64,000 nt of DNA from an uncultured bacterium (GTDB taxonomy: Bacteria; Armatimonadota; Abditibacteriia; Abditibacteriales; Abditibacteriaceae): assembly GCA_963843795.1 (NCBI GenBank), contig CAWJLW010000006.1:1550001-1614000 (forward strand). Reading direction: 5' to 3'. Of this stretch, positions 30,015 to 40,131 are shown piece after piece. The notes under the pieces were generated by a model, which saw only the letters and a list, made by a program, of their open reading frames with translations, made no database searches and was not told the DNA's origin. Position 1 is the stretch's first letter, and every line of letters begins with the position of its first letter. Both the position numbers and the translations under genes were made by a program.

Positions 30015-30091
30015 CAATTGGCTTTTCCGATAGATGCACGAAGTGTGCGGACCGCTTTCCGCACTTGTTTAAAATAAAAAGGTTTGTTTTC

Positions 30092-30274
30092 ATGCCAGCA
30101 ATTGATCTCCCCCGTTTGGAAGGCTACGACCAAGGCCCCCTACAACAACTCGACGGTCAGATGAACGACGCCGTGCGCCACGATCAGTCCGAGCGACGTC
30201 GCAAAATCGAAGACCGCAAACAGCGCAAACAAAAGAAAAAGAAGCGCAAGCGTCGTCAGGCTCAAGACGATTAA
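30092..30274 (+). CDS. 60-aa basic protein, possibly a divergent ribosomal protein bS21
   Basis: Lies between a consensus promoter and a hairpin; MPAI start; K/R-rich C-terminus. Confidence 0.6.
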   Translation: MPAIDLPRLEGYDQGPLQQLDGQMNDAVRHDQSERRRKIEDRKQRKQKKKKRKRRQAQDD

Positions 30275-30285
30275 AAACACTAACC

Positions 30286-30325
30286 GGCTTCAATGTGCTG
30301 CAAGTACTTGCAGCACATTGAAGCC
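30286..30325. terminator. 40-bp perfect palindrome centred on GCAAGTACTTGC (no U tract), just before tRNA-Met
   Basis: GGCTTCAATGTGCTGCAAGT|ACTTGCAGCACATTGAAGCC. Confidence 0.55.
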
Positions 30326-30334
30326 ACTCGGTCT

Positions 30335-30408
30335 GGCGGAGTAGCTCAGTTGGTTAGAGCAACGGAATCATAATCCGTGGGTCGGGGGTTCGAATCCCTC
30401 CTCCGCTA
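30335..30408 (+). tRNA. tRNA-Met (CAT), elongator type; CCA not encoded
   Basis: GGCGGAG/CTCCGCT acceptor stem, AGCTCAGTTGGTTAGAGC D-arm, ACGGA-ATCATAA-TCCGT anticodon arm, GTTCGAATC. Confidence 0.93.
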
Positions 30409-30432
30409 TTTTATCTTTTTCAATTCTTTTTT

Positions 30433-30467
30433 AAAGCCGCAGCGAAATTTAATTTCGCTGCGGCTTT
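30433..30467 (+). terminator. Intrinsic terminator after tRNA-Met
   Basis: AAAGCCGCAGCGAAATT-T-AATTTCGCTGCGGCTTT followed by T. Confidence 0.8.
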
Positions 30468-30613
30468 TCTAATTCTCTTGCTGTCATTTTGCTTTCATTG
30501 AATTAAATGAAATCGGAGCCAGCGCGATTTCCAAGCGTCGTTTTGCTCTTACTAATCGACGGTTGATTCGATTCTTGAAACGCCTGCGAGTACTTGCAGG
30601 AAGTGGGAGGAAG

Positions 30614-33542
30614 CATGGCGGAAGCGAAACTGGAAATCGGCGTAGCCGAGCAGCGCGCGACGATGCTGGCGCGCGGTTTAAGCGATGACATCACGGCGTG
30701 GCAGTCGTTGAGCGCAGCAGCTTTTGAAATTTTAGCAGCGCACGAATTCACCGCAAAACGCACTCTGGAAAGCTGGTATCAGACCCGAAACGCGCACGAT
30801 GCTCTTTCTGCGGCACGCGTGTTAGATAATGCAGCCCAGTTTGCGCCCGGTTTGGGGGGCGAGCGCGCGCGGAAGTTAGGTTTGCAAGCGGCGCTCGCAT
30901 TTGCGATGCAAGGCAATTTTCCGACTGCTGGAGCCATTGTTCAGCGAACTTTTCCTAATTTGCGCCCGCAGTCGGAAGATGAAGCGTGGCTTATGCTGTG
31001 CGCGGCACCGTCTTTATTGCCGAGGTTACAATTTGATGCTTCATTCACGAGCAGCAAGTACTTGCAGGCGTTGCAGGTGTTTTTAACAGATGGCAAAGAT
31101 GCGAGCCTGGAAAATTTGCGCGCAGCCTGGCACGCGCGTGCGGCGCGTTGCGATTGGAAAGCGTGGCCGATTGGCGAGGGTGCCGCGCGCTGGGCGTTGG
31201 AGCACGCGATTTTTCTTTCGACAGCGCGCGTGTTGAATCGAGCACAGATTGGTTCGGTTGCATGGCGTGAAAAATTGCTCGACGATGGCTTGCAGCTGCT
31301 GCTACCTCCGCAGCGCGAAGCTGTCGCAAGCGGTCTGGTGAGCTCGAGCGAAAACGCTATCGTGTCGCTGCCGCCGGGTACTGGCAAAACTCTTCTGGGC
31401 GAACTGTGTTTAACGGCGGCGTTGCAAAAATCGGAAAATGGTTGGGCGTGTTTTGTCGTTCCGTATGTCGCGCTGGGACGCCAGGTGGCGAACGCATTGG
31501 AAGGCCACGTCGGCGATGAGCGGGTGCATTGTTGGCTGGGCGGTCATGAACGCGGCGAATTTGCGCCTTTACAGCGGCGCGAAATCGTCATCGCGACACC
31601 GGAAAGTCTGGATAGCGCCCTAAGGCGCAAACCGGAACTACTGCAACAATTGCGAGTTGTCATTTGTGACGAGGCTCACAGCATCGGCGCAGATGCGCGC
31701 GGCGTGCGATTGGAAGGCTTGCTCACGCGCCTGAAAGCGGGTCGGCAGGCTCCGCGTATTGTTTTGTTGTCGGCAGCAATTCGACGCACGCAAGCGCTTC
31801 AACACTGGATAGGTGCTCCTCAGACCAATGTATTGCGCTCAGATTGGTGCGCGACAGCGCGCTATCTGGCGCTTTGGACGCGCGATGGCGCTCTGACTTG
31901 GTTCAAGGATGCGCAATCGCAAGCAGAAAAGGTACGACACGCACCGATTGATGGCGAAGCCGTTGCTGAAAGCGCATGGGTTTTGGGACGCGCACATTTA
32001 AAGTGGCCTGCGCGCGAACTGTCATCGACCGACGATTGGGTCGCCATGCAGCGTGGCAGTGATGCTGTGCGCACTAATATCGCTCATCTGGTGCGCCATC
32101 TCGATGACCGCTTCGGCGGGCCGATTCTGGCAGTCTGCGCCACCCGACGCAACGCGCGCGACCTGGCTTTGTCCCTCGTTGACTTGCCACTGCGCATCCG
32201 CGGCGAAAATCTCGCTCGCGCTCAGGACTTGATTCGCACGCGTTTCAATTTTTTGTCTCCCCTGCTACCGCTTTTGGAGCGCGGCGTGTGCTGGCATCAC
32301 GCTGGTTTGCCGCACGAGTTGCGTGAAGCTTTGGAAGCGGCCATCAAGAGCGGCGAAATCATCGCGGTGGCTTCCACCACAACGCTGGCCGAAGGCGTCG
32401 ATTTTCCGTTTCGTTGGACGATTCTGGTCGATTGGCTGCAATGGCACGACGGAGGTCAGCGTCCGATGTCGCCCTATGTGTTTCGCAACATTGTCGGTCG
32501 CTGTGGGCGGGCTGGTCAATGGACGCAAGGCGATACCATCGTTTTCGATAATCCTCTGGGTGATGCACGCTTCACCGGCGACGATCAGCGCGCGCACTGG
32601 CTGCGCCATCTGTGCTTGCAACCCGCTCCCGCTCAACCATTGGGCGCAATGGAACGCTGGCAGAACGCACAGCGCAACGAGGAAAAAATGCATTCGCAAA
32701 GACGTTCATACGAAGCCGAACGCGCCGCATTGAGCAATCAATGGTTCGCTTTTGTAGTTGAACAATTGCAAGAAAATTCTAAGCACAACCTCGATGCAGC
32801 TCAACTCAGTGAGCAGTTCCTTGAGGCTTCCTATCACGCCAAATCTCTCGCGCCCAAGTTGCAAAAAGAATTGCAGCTTGAATGGCAAAGCTGGCTTGCT
32901 GGTGATGATGCGTTGTTGACTCAAACTTCACAAGGCATCGAAGTCAGCGCGCTGGGATTAGCCATTTACCAGGGTGATTGGTCGCCGTCGAGCGCCTTGC
33001 GGGCGCTGCGAATTTTGCGCGTTATCAATCCGCTACAACTTGCCGTGTGGCAAGGCGCTGAAATCGCGGCGCACTTGAGTTTGGAATTGGGCGACATTGC
33101 CGAGCAGGAGAACTTGCTCTGGCGGCGCATAGCACGCCGCGAACGTCACCGCTTCGCGCTTAAACGGCGTGATGTCACGCGGGTGTTTGCGGGCTGTCTT
33201 AATGGCCATGCTCCAGAAACCTTGTTCGCCGCACTCCCCTCGGTGCGAGATTCCACGCGTGTGCCGAGTTTTGTCGATTGGCTGCACGACGTGCGCTTCC
33301 CTGGCGCTGCGGATGAAAGCTGGAACGACTGGCACAGCGATCTGGATAAGTGGTCGGAATGGTTGCGCGCGATTCCCCAGACTTTCGCGCCGCAACTGCT
33401 GCGCGCCTGCGCTTTGCTCTGCCCCTTCGCAGGCTTGTCGAGCCAAAGCGCGCGCTGGCTGCGTTGGGCCGCACAATTTGAACTCGCAACAACAAATGCT
33501 ACGGTAGGGGAAACCAGTACTCCGCAATTACTCGCGGCTTAA
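30614..33542 (+). CDS. SF2 Ski2/Hel308-like DEAH-box helicase
   Basis: PPGTGKT, ATPE, DEAH, LLSA, HHAGL, TTTLAEGVDFP, VGRCGRAG; GGAGG RBS. Confidence 0.88.
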
Positions 33543-33549
33543 TCCAACG

Positions 33550-33604
33550 AAGCAACTACACGAAGCGTCTGCAAGTAACTTGCAGGCGCTTCGTGTAGTT
33601 GCTT
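33550..33604. terminator. 55-bp hairpin with core variant GCAAGT-A-ACTTGC
   Basis: 27-bp arms (one G-U pair), single inserted base at the axis. Confidence 0.78.
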
Positions 33605-33694
33605 TGACACTCTTCTTCTTACGCGCTCCTTGCATGCAACTTGGTATTCAGCGAAAATAACGACATTATTTGCAGTGCGAGGAGTCGCTCCGTC

Positions 33695-34096
33695 ATGTTG
33701 AGAAATCAGATGAAATGTTACGTCGTCGCTGGCTTGTCAGTTGCGCTCGGAATTTTGGTCAGCGGTTGTACCCAATCGTCAGAAGAAACCGCATCCGCGC
33801 CGCCGCCAAATCAAAATGGTTCTGGCGAACGTATGGGCAGGCCGGGCGGCGGAATGCAGCCCGTAGCCGCCAACGCCACTGGAGCCGAAATTTTTCAGCA
33901 AAAATGTCAGCGTTGTCACGGCGAAAAGGGCGAAGGTAAAGTTGGTCCCAATCTGACCAAATTAGATGATACCGACGTCCAGTTGCACACCATCATTCAC
34001 GATGGCCATGAGAAAATGCCCGCCTTTGCTCAACAACTCAGCGATGCGCAAATCGATCTCGTTATCGCTCATCTGCGAACTTTGGCTGTCAAATAA
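33695..34096 (+). CDS. c-type cytochrome lipoprotein
   Basis: GAGGAG RBS, lipobox VSGC, CQRCH, MPAF. Confidence 0.88.
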   Translation: MLRNQMKCYVVAGLSVALGILVSGCTQSSEETASAPPPNQNGSGERMGRPGGGMQPVAANATGAEIFQQKCQRCHGEKGEGKVGPNLTKLDDTDVQLHTIIHDGHEKMPAFAQQLSDAQIDLVIAHLRTLAVK

Positions 34097-34155
34097 CTCG
34101 TTGAATTGGGCTTCAATTTCGGGTGAAATTGAAGCCCAATCAGTGCCCAAAACTC

Positions 34156-34184
34156 TTGACTTTTTCACCCATTTTTAGTATGAT
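34156..34184 (+). promoter_or_regulatory. Sigma70 promoter
   Basis: TTGACT-17 nt-TATGAT. Confidence 0.7.
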
Positions 34185-34241
34185 TTCATTGTATTCAGTG
34201 AATTAGAAAATAAGAAGTGATTTCGATTTCCGTGGAGGTAA

Positions 34242-35066
34242 ATGATGGCACGAAAGACGATGGCATTAGTGGATGATATGGCGCGAGACGCCAAAAATTC
34301 CGAAGCGGCGGGGGAAGAAATGGAGCCGGTAAGCGATGTGTTTCCCGATTTTGCAATTAGCCTGAAAGAGGCCAATCGGCGGGTCGAGATGTTGAAAGAG
34401 TTTGTGCGCGAGCACATGGTCGAGGGCGAAGATTATGGCGTAATCCCCGGCGCTTCCAACAAGCCAACTTTGTTCAAACCAGGCGCGGAAAAATTGAACG
34501 CGATTTTTGGCCTGGCACCACTTTTAGAAATCACCAGTCGCGTTGAAGATTGGGACGCTGGTTTCGCCGCCTACGAAGTGAAAATCACGCTGTTGAACAA
34601 GCGGACTGGGAATATCGAGGCCGAAGGTATCGGCAGTTGCAACTCACGCGAGCGGCGCTACAAAAATCAGGACGCTGCTAATGTTGCCAACACTTTGCTA
34701 AAAATGGCGAAAAAACGCGCTTTGATCGATGCCACACTATCGGCCACGCGTGCTTCGGGCACTTTCACACAAGACTTGGAAGACATCGAAATCGGCGGCA
34801 ATCAAAACAGCAATCGCGATGATAATCGTGGCAGCGAGCGCGGAAACAACCGTTTCGTTCCGGCGGCTTCAGTCCAGCGTAATGATGATGGCGGAGAGAA
34901 TCTCTTGACGGAAGCGCAGTATGGGGCCATACTCGCTATCGCAAACAAGGTTTACGGGCGGTCAGCGCGCGATGACGTGGCGAAATTGGCGCGCAAGCCA
35001 ATTGACGAACTCAGTAAACCCGAAGCCTCGGCGCTGATTGATAAGTTGAAAGCAATGGGCGGTTGA
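34242..35066 (+). CDS. Phage-type hypothetical protein, possible single-strand annealing protein
   Basis: GGAGGT RBS; DYGVIPG..KPTLFKPGAEKL, EGIGSC, NTLLKMAKKRALIDA, FTQDLED; C-terminal LSKPEASALIDKL. Confidence 0.65.
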   Translation: MMARKTMALVDDMARDAKNSEAAGEEMEPVSDVFPDFAISLKEANRRVEMLKEFVREHMVEGEDYGVIPGASNKPTLFKPGAEKLNAIFGLAPLLEITSRVEDWDAGFAAYEVKITLLNKRTGNIEAEGIGSCNSRERRYKNQDAANVANTLLKMAKKRALIDATLSATRASGTFTQDLEDIEIGGNQNSNRDDNRGSERGNNRFVPAASVQRNDDGGENLLTEAQYGAILAIANKVYGRSARDDVAKLARKPIDELSKPEASALIDKLKAMGG

Positions 35067-35116
35067 GAGCAAATCTGGTTTGCACAGAACATGGTGGCGG
35101 GATGAGCCGCGTGTTG

Positions 35117-35149
35117 AAAAAGGGCCGCGCCTTTGCGCGGTTCTTTTTT
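35117..35149 (+). terminator. Intrinsic terminator
   Basis: GGGCCGCGC-CTTT-GCGCGGTTC followed by a T run. Confidence 0.7.
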
Positions 35150-35236
35150 GTTTGTGTGGCATCTGTTTGACGCAGCAAGTACCTGCCGACCAATCTCACA
35201 ATTCAAATCGCGCCGCGCTTGATGTATGATTGGAGT

Positions 35237-36256
35237 ATGCAAGCACACGCCATCGTTTTTCCCCTTCCCAATCACGTCGAAATTCAAAGTTTTGCGCTGC
35301 CCACTTTGCGCGCGGATGAAATTTTAATTGAAACCGAATTTTCCGGTGTCAGTCAGGGCACCGAAATCTGGGCACTGAATGGTCAGCGTCCGGAACTGCA
35401 ATTTCCGACTGTGCCCGGTTATCAAAGCGTCGGCATTGTCCGCGAAATTGGCGCGGTAGTGAAATCAACCAATCGTTACCAGATCGGCCAGCGAGTTGAG
35501 TTCCGAACCTCGCGTTTACCAGAAAATTTTCCTCCAACATGGATGGGTGCACACATCTCACACGCCATCGTGAGTGGTCTGCCCAAACTGGGCGAACATG
35601 GCGATGGCTTGCCTCTAATCGTGCCCGAACCTGTGGACTCTGCTACGGCATCACTCATCGCGCTGCCCGCCGTATCTTCACGCGGCATCAAGATGGTGAA
35701 GATCGCGCCTGGTGATCTGGTGGTCGTGACCGGACAAGGTTTGATTGGGCAAAGCAGCGCTCAACTGGCGCGCTTGCGCGGTGCAATTGTGGTTAGCAGC
35801 GATATCGGCGACAAACGCTTGCAATTGAGCCGTGAGCACAGCGCAGACGTGGCCGTCGATGTGCGCAGCGAAAACTTGATGAACGCTGTGCGCGCAATCA
35901 AGCCCGAAGGCGCCGATGTCGTCATCGAAACGACGGGGCGTGCAGCAGCGTTCGATGAGTGCATTGAGTTGTTGCGTTGGGAAGGTCAGCTTTTATTGCA
36001 AGCGTGGTATCCCGACCGCATCACGTTTGATTTCAACCGCACGCACGGCAAAAAGCCGACGATTGCCATCACCTGTGGTCACGATGAAAGCGAAAATGCG
36101 GCTATGCTGGAATTGTTGCGTTGGAAGAAGTTACAACTTCAACCGTTGATTACACACCGTGTTCCCTTTCAGCAAGCGCCAGAATTGTATGCGCGTATGC
36201 AACGCAACGATGCCGAAATTTTGGGCGTGGTTTTCGATTGGACGGGCGCGAATTGA
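35237..36256 (+). CDS. MDR superfamily (alcohol/sugar dehydrogenase-like) oxidoreductase
   Basis: SGVSQGTE, PGYQSVG, GQGLIG, DVVIETTG, LITHR. Confidence 0.85.
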   Translation: MQAHAIVFPLPNHVEIQSFALPTLRADEILIETEFSGVSQGTEIWALNGQRPELQFPTVPGYQSVGIVREIGAVVKSTNRYQIGQRVEFRTSRLPENFPPTWMGAHISHAIVSGLPKLGEHGDGLPLIVPEPVDSATASLIALPAVSSRGIKMVKIAPGDLVVVTGQGLIGQSSAQLARLRGAIVVSSDIGDKRLQLSREHSADVAVDVRSENLMNAVRAIKPEGADVVIETTGRAAAFDECIELLRWEGQLLLQAWYPDRITFDFNRTHGKKPTIAITCGHDESENAAMLELLRWKKLQLQPLITHRVPFQQAPELYARMQRNDAEILGVVFDWTGAN

Positions 36257-36292
36257 ATTATTTGGCCTCTGCAAGTACTTGCAGCATCATTT

Positions 36293-37243
36293 TCACTCCG
36301 CAAAGGCTTCTACTTCGTCGCGCGTTGGCAGCGCGGGAATTGCGCCAGCTTTGCGTACCGCCAGCGCACCACATTTGTTGGCAAATTCCAGCGCGCGCGA
36401 CCAATCTACAACTTTTGTCAGTCCATCGCGAGTTGCATTGCTCTGGCCAATTTGTGCCAGCAAACCGGCCATAAAGGCATCGCCCGCTCCCAAAGTATCG
36501 ACGACATTTGAATTCCGCGCCGCGCTCCAGCCACTTGTATCGCCAGCATCGAAATAGGCACCACGTTCACCGGCGGTGATGACGGCGATTTGCGCGCCTT
36601 GCGCGTGCAACCAGCGCGCGGCGTCTTCAACCTTCGCATGGCCAGTGACAAATTCCATTTCTTCTTCGGCCAATTTCACCACATCGCACAACGGCAGCAC
36701 GCTGCGCACCACGTCAAGCGCAGCAGCTTCATCGGGCCACAGCGATGGACGCCAATTGGGATCGTAGGAAATGATCAAACCGCGACTCCGTGCTAACTTC
36801 ATAGCTTCGATTTGCGTTTCGCGACACGGCGACAGGGATAAGGAGACGCTGCCACAATGAAAAATCGTTGCGCCAGTCAAAGCGCGCTCATCGAAATTAT
36901 CCAATTGTGCATCGGCTCCGGGATGGCGATAAAAGCTGATTTCTTTGCGTCCATCCAGGCGCGTGGCAATGAATGCCAAAGTGGTGCGCGCGCTTTCGCT
37001 GCGGCCCAGATATTCCACACCGACGTTTTCCTGCTGCATAATTTGTCGTAGCCATTCGCCAAATGGATCGGCACCAACTTGACCGACGAAATCTGCAGCC
37101 ATGCCCAAACGTACCAAACCAACCGCAACGTTCGCCGGTGCGCCACCGGGCACTTTGAGAAAACTTGGCGTATCTTGCAAACCAAACCCGCTCTGCCCGA
37201 CCATATCAACCAGCAACTCTCCAAAACTAATCACCTTAGCCAT
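36293..37243 (-). CDS. PfkB family carbohydrate kinase (fructokinase-like)
   Basis: GGAPANVA, YDPNWRPSLW, DTLGAGDAF; AAGGAG RBS. Confidence 0.93.
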   Translation of the reverse strand: MAKVISFGELLVDMVGQSGFGLQDTPSFLKVPGGAPANVAVGLVRLGMAADFVGQVGADPFGEWLRQIMQQENVGVEYLGRSESARTTLAFIATRLDGRKEISFYRHPGADAQLDNFDERALTGATIFHCGSVSLSLSPCRETQIEAMKLARSRGLIISYDPNWRPSLWPDEAAALDVVRSVLPLCDVVKLAEEEMEFVTGHAKVEDAARWLHAQGAQIAVITAGERGAYFDAGDTSGWSAARNSNVVDTLGAGDAFMAGLLAQIGQSNATRDGLTKVVDWSRALEFANKCGALAVRKAGAIPALPTRDEVEAFAE

Positions 37244-37498
37244 AATATTCTCCTTTATTTTCGCCCTTACTATCTCATCATAATCCGGCAAGTACTTGCA
37301 GCGTTTTTTAGTGAATTACAACGATAGAACAGTTATCAGAGGTTGAAGGTAGATGTAACTGAACGATTAGGTTAAATTTCCAATCGCGCAAGATACAACA
37401 ATTGCCACATCATTACAGCCGCGCGTTTTGAAACAGTTCATATCCAATGAGCCGTTTTGCTTTCATCATTACGATGAAAGCCAAATCAAAGGAGAAAC

Positions 37499-37933
37499 AT
37501 GTCGAAACGATTCGGATGGGCCGCGTTCTTGTGCGGCGCCGCAATTTTGAGCTTCAACAGCAACGCCGATGCCCGCAGCGGCCGCGCATCCTATCATTTG
37601 CACACCAACGAAATGGTAACTGCAGCCCGCCACGAACCGCGCGGCACCATGCTGCGAGTAACCAATCCAGAAACCGGCAAAGCGGTTGTGGTGCGCGTAA
37701 ATGATCGCGGCCCCTTTTCTCCGGCCAATCGCGTTCTCGATTTATCGACCGGTGCCTTCCGCGAATTGTATGGCGGATTAGGACGCGGTCACGGCCCGGT
37801 TACTTATGAAGTTATCGGTGGCAGCGAACTCAGTTCGCGTGGCGGCAGCCCCCGCACAACAGCCAAACGCAGTGTGAACCAATCATCGAAATCACGCCGC
37901 ACAACGAAATCCTATAAACGCAAGAAGCGCTAA
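37499..37933 (+). CDS. rlpA: RlpA-like double-psi beta-barrel protein
   Basis: GRASY, TAA, VVVRVNDRGPF, LDLS..AF; signal peptide; AAGGAG RBS. Confidence 0.85.
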   Translation: MSKRFGWAAFLCGAAILSFNSNADARSGRASYHLHTNEMVTAARHEPRGTMLRVTNPETGKAVVVRVNDRGPFSPANRVLDLSTGAFRELYGGLGRGHGPVTYEVIGGSELSSRGGSPRTTAKRSVNQSSKSRRTTKSYKRKKR

Positions 37934-37956
37934 CAGCTTACCGTTAAACAAATTAC

Positions 37957-37990
37957 AAAACCGCTCTGCAGGTACTTGCAGGGCGGTTTT
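37957..37990 (+). terminator. Terminator with core variant GCAGGTACTTGC
   Basis: AAAACCGCTCTGCAGGTACTTGCAGGGCGGTTTT. Confidence 0.78.
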
Positions 37991-38214
37991 ATTTTTGTTG
38001 TGTTTTATCTTATTCTCTCCAACACGCCTTCGGTTTTTCTCACAGCCCGAAACCAATTAAAAGGAAGTTAGAAGCAAAAATAGTAGCCACCAGCAATTTT
38101 GTCGGCAATGGTACAAGCACGTTATCCGCGTTGAGAAATTTTAGTTTTAAGTGGAGTGTGGAGTCAGAATAAGCTTTCAACGACAACACTCCATAACTAT
38201 GTTAATTAAAACGA

Positions 38215-38250
38215 AAAAACCGCTCTGCAAGTACTTGCAGAGCGGTTTTT
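38215..38250 (-). terminator. 36-bp perfect palindrome centred on GCAAGTACTTGC, terminator of rplL
   Basis: AAAAACCGCTCTGCAAGT|ACTTGCAGAGCGGTTTTT. Confidence 0.85.
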
Positions 38251-38273
38251 GAGATTGCGCCGAAGCGCAATGA

Positions 38274-38663
38274 TTATTTGACTTCGATAGTCGCGCCAGC
38301 GGCTTCGAGCTTTTCTTTCATCTTGGCGGCGTCTTCTTTCGACACGCCTTCCTTGATCGTTGCGGGAGCGCCATCGACCAAATCTTTGGCTTCTTTCAAG
38401 CCCAAACCGTCGACAACTTCGCGGACGGCTTTGATGACCTGAATCTTCTGCGCACCGGCTTCTTTCAAAACAACAGTGAATTCGTCCTGCTCGGCTGCGG
38501 GAGCTGCGGCTTCAGCGCCACCGCCACCACCGGCGGCCGGGGCCGCCGCAATCGCTGCTGTCACGCCGAACTCTTCTTTGAAGGTTTCTTTGAGTTCGTT
38601 GAATTCCAACAGCGTCATGCCGTTGAGGATGTCCATCACTTGAGTAACTTTTTCGCTTGCCAT
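38274..38663 (-). CDS. rplL: 50S ribosomal protein bL12 (L7/L12)
   Basis: [29 protein letters not shown]. Confidence 0.97.
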   Translation of the reverse strand: MASEKVTQVMDILNGMTLLEFNELKETFKEEFGVTAAIAAAPAAGGGGGAEAAAPAAEQDEFTVVLKEAGAQKIQVIKAVREVVDGLGLKEAKDLVDGAPATIKEGVSKEDAAKMKEKLEAAGATIEVK

Positions 38664-38884
38664 GAGTATTTTTCTCCGCGCCGGACGGTCGTATAAATTT
38701 TGAGTTCGCAGTTCCGCTCCACAAACACTCAACAAGTACTTGCAGCGCGTTTCGCACCTTTGAACTCAACAACCGGCCCTGATTAAGCGCCCTACTAAAC
38801 CTTCACAATCGCATCCGAAAATGCAATGAGAATTTAAATAATTGATTGCACACTTGCCTTGAGGCAACTGCGCATTTACGACAA

Positions 38885-39418
38885 CTACGCTGCCGCGCCG
38901 TCTTTTTCAACTTTGGCTTCGGCCAAACCGACGAATTCGCTCAACACCGCATTGATGACCATCGCAAATTCAGCCACGGTGCCTTCCAGTAAACCAGCGA
39001 ACTGCGCGTGCATTTCGGCTTTACCGGGCAGCTTGGCGACCATTGCGATGCCGCTGGCATCGAGAACAGAATTCTCGATGATACCACTTTGCAAATTGAA
39101 GGGAGCGAAATCGCTTTCGCCTTTAGCCAACAACTTGGCCGCCTCGCTGGCATCGCCGTAAGCGACTGCAACTGCCGTGGGCCCAGCCAAATCGCCGACC
39201 AAACTTTCACAGTTGGTGCCTTGTGCGGCACGACGCAACAGCGAATTTTTCACAACCAAAACTTCGACCTGCGCACCGCGCAATTCGCGGCGCAATTTCA
39301 CCAGATCCCCAGCTTTGAGGCCGCGATATTCGGTGATGACAATCGCGGTTGCGGCGTCCAACTTCGAGTGCAACGAGCCGACTAAGGCTTCTTTATCTTT
39401 GTATTTTTTGGCGACCAT
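38885..39418 (-). CDS. rplJ: 50S ribosomal protein uL10
   Basis: EYRGL, LRRELR, VVKNSL, LAGPTAVA. Confidence 0.95.
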   Translation of the reverse strand: MVAKKYKDKEALVGSLHSKLDAATAIVITEYRGLKAGDLVKLRRELRGAQVEVLVVKNSLLRRAAQGTNCESLVGDLAGPTAVAVAYGDASEAAKLLAKGESDFAPFNLQSGIIENSVLDASGIAMVAKLPGKAEMHAQFAGLLEGTVAEFAMVINAVLSEFVGLAEAKVEKDGAAA

Positions 39419-40119
39419 TAAGCGCCTCCTTTAATCGTACTCGGATCGACGCGCACTCCCGGTCCCATCGTCGAGGAAACCGTGATGCCACGCAGATAAG
39501 TGCCCTTGGCCGCCGAAGGTTTCGCGCGACGCAATGCGCCAATCAGCGCTTCGCAGTTTTCCTGCAGTTGCGTGCCTTCAAAGCTCGCCTTGCCGATAAT
39601 CGAATGCACAACCGCCGCTTTGGGTTCGTTGCGATATTCAATTTGGCCCTGCTTGCGCTCGGCCACAATACGGCCCAGATCCGGTCCGACTGTGCCCGAT
39701 TTCGCGTTTGGCATACGCGGGCCAAGCTTCTTGCCCAAGCGCGCCAACAAACGCATCATGTCCGGCGTTGCCACTAACACATCGAACTGCACTTCATCCG
39801 CTTCGAGTTGCGCGATGAGGTCTTCAGCGCCCACTGCATCGGCACCGGCGGCTTCAGCGGCGCTGGCCGCTTCGCCTTTGGCGACCGCGACCACGCGCGG
39901 TGTTTTGCCTGTGCCATGCGGCAGGCTCAAAGTTCCACGCACTTGCTGATCGCCTTTTTTAGGATCGATGCCCAAAACCACGGTCACATCAATGGTTTCA
40001 TCGAATTTTGCAGTCGCGGTTTCTTTGACCAGCTCGAGGGCTTCGGACAGGGAATAATTACGCGTGCCATCAACTTTTTCGTCTAAAGCGCGAAAGCGCT
40101 TACCATGCTTGCTTGCCAT
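39418..40119 (-). CDS. rplA: 50S ribosomal protein uL1
   Basis: KFDETID, LPHGTGK, MPNAKSGTV, SSTMGPG. Confidence 0.97.
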   Translation of the reverse strand: MASKHGKRFRALDEKVDGTRNYSLSEALELVKETATAKFDETIDVTVVLGIDPKKGDQQVRGTLSLPHGTGKTPRVVAVAKGEAASAAEAAGADAVGAEDLIAQLEADEVQFDVLVATPDMMRLLARLGKKLGPRMPNAKSGTVGPDLGRIVAERKQGQIEYRNEPKAAVVHSIIGKASFEGTQLQENCEALIGALRRAKPSAAKGTYLRGITVSSTMGPGVRVDPSTIKGGA

Positions 40120-40131
40120 ATCGTTCCCTCC

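Noticed and set aside
30335..30408. CAT tRNA as initiator tRNA-fMet
   Set aside because: It lacks the C1:A72 mismatch and the three consecutive G-C pairs in the anticodon stem. tRNA-Ile2 is not fully excluded.
30335..35066. Prophage or integrative island at tRNA-Met
   Set aside because: No integrase, no duplicated tRNA 3' end seen downstream, no structural phage genes, and the region carries the host palindrome.
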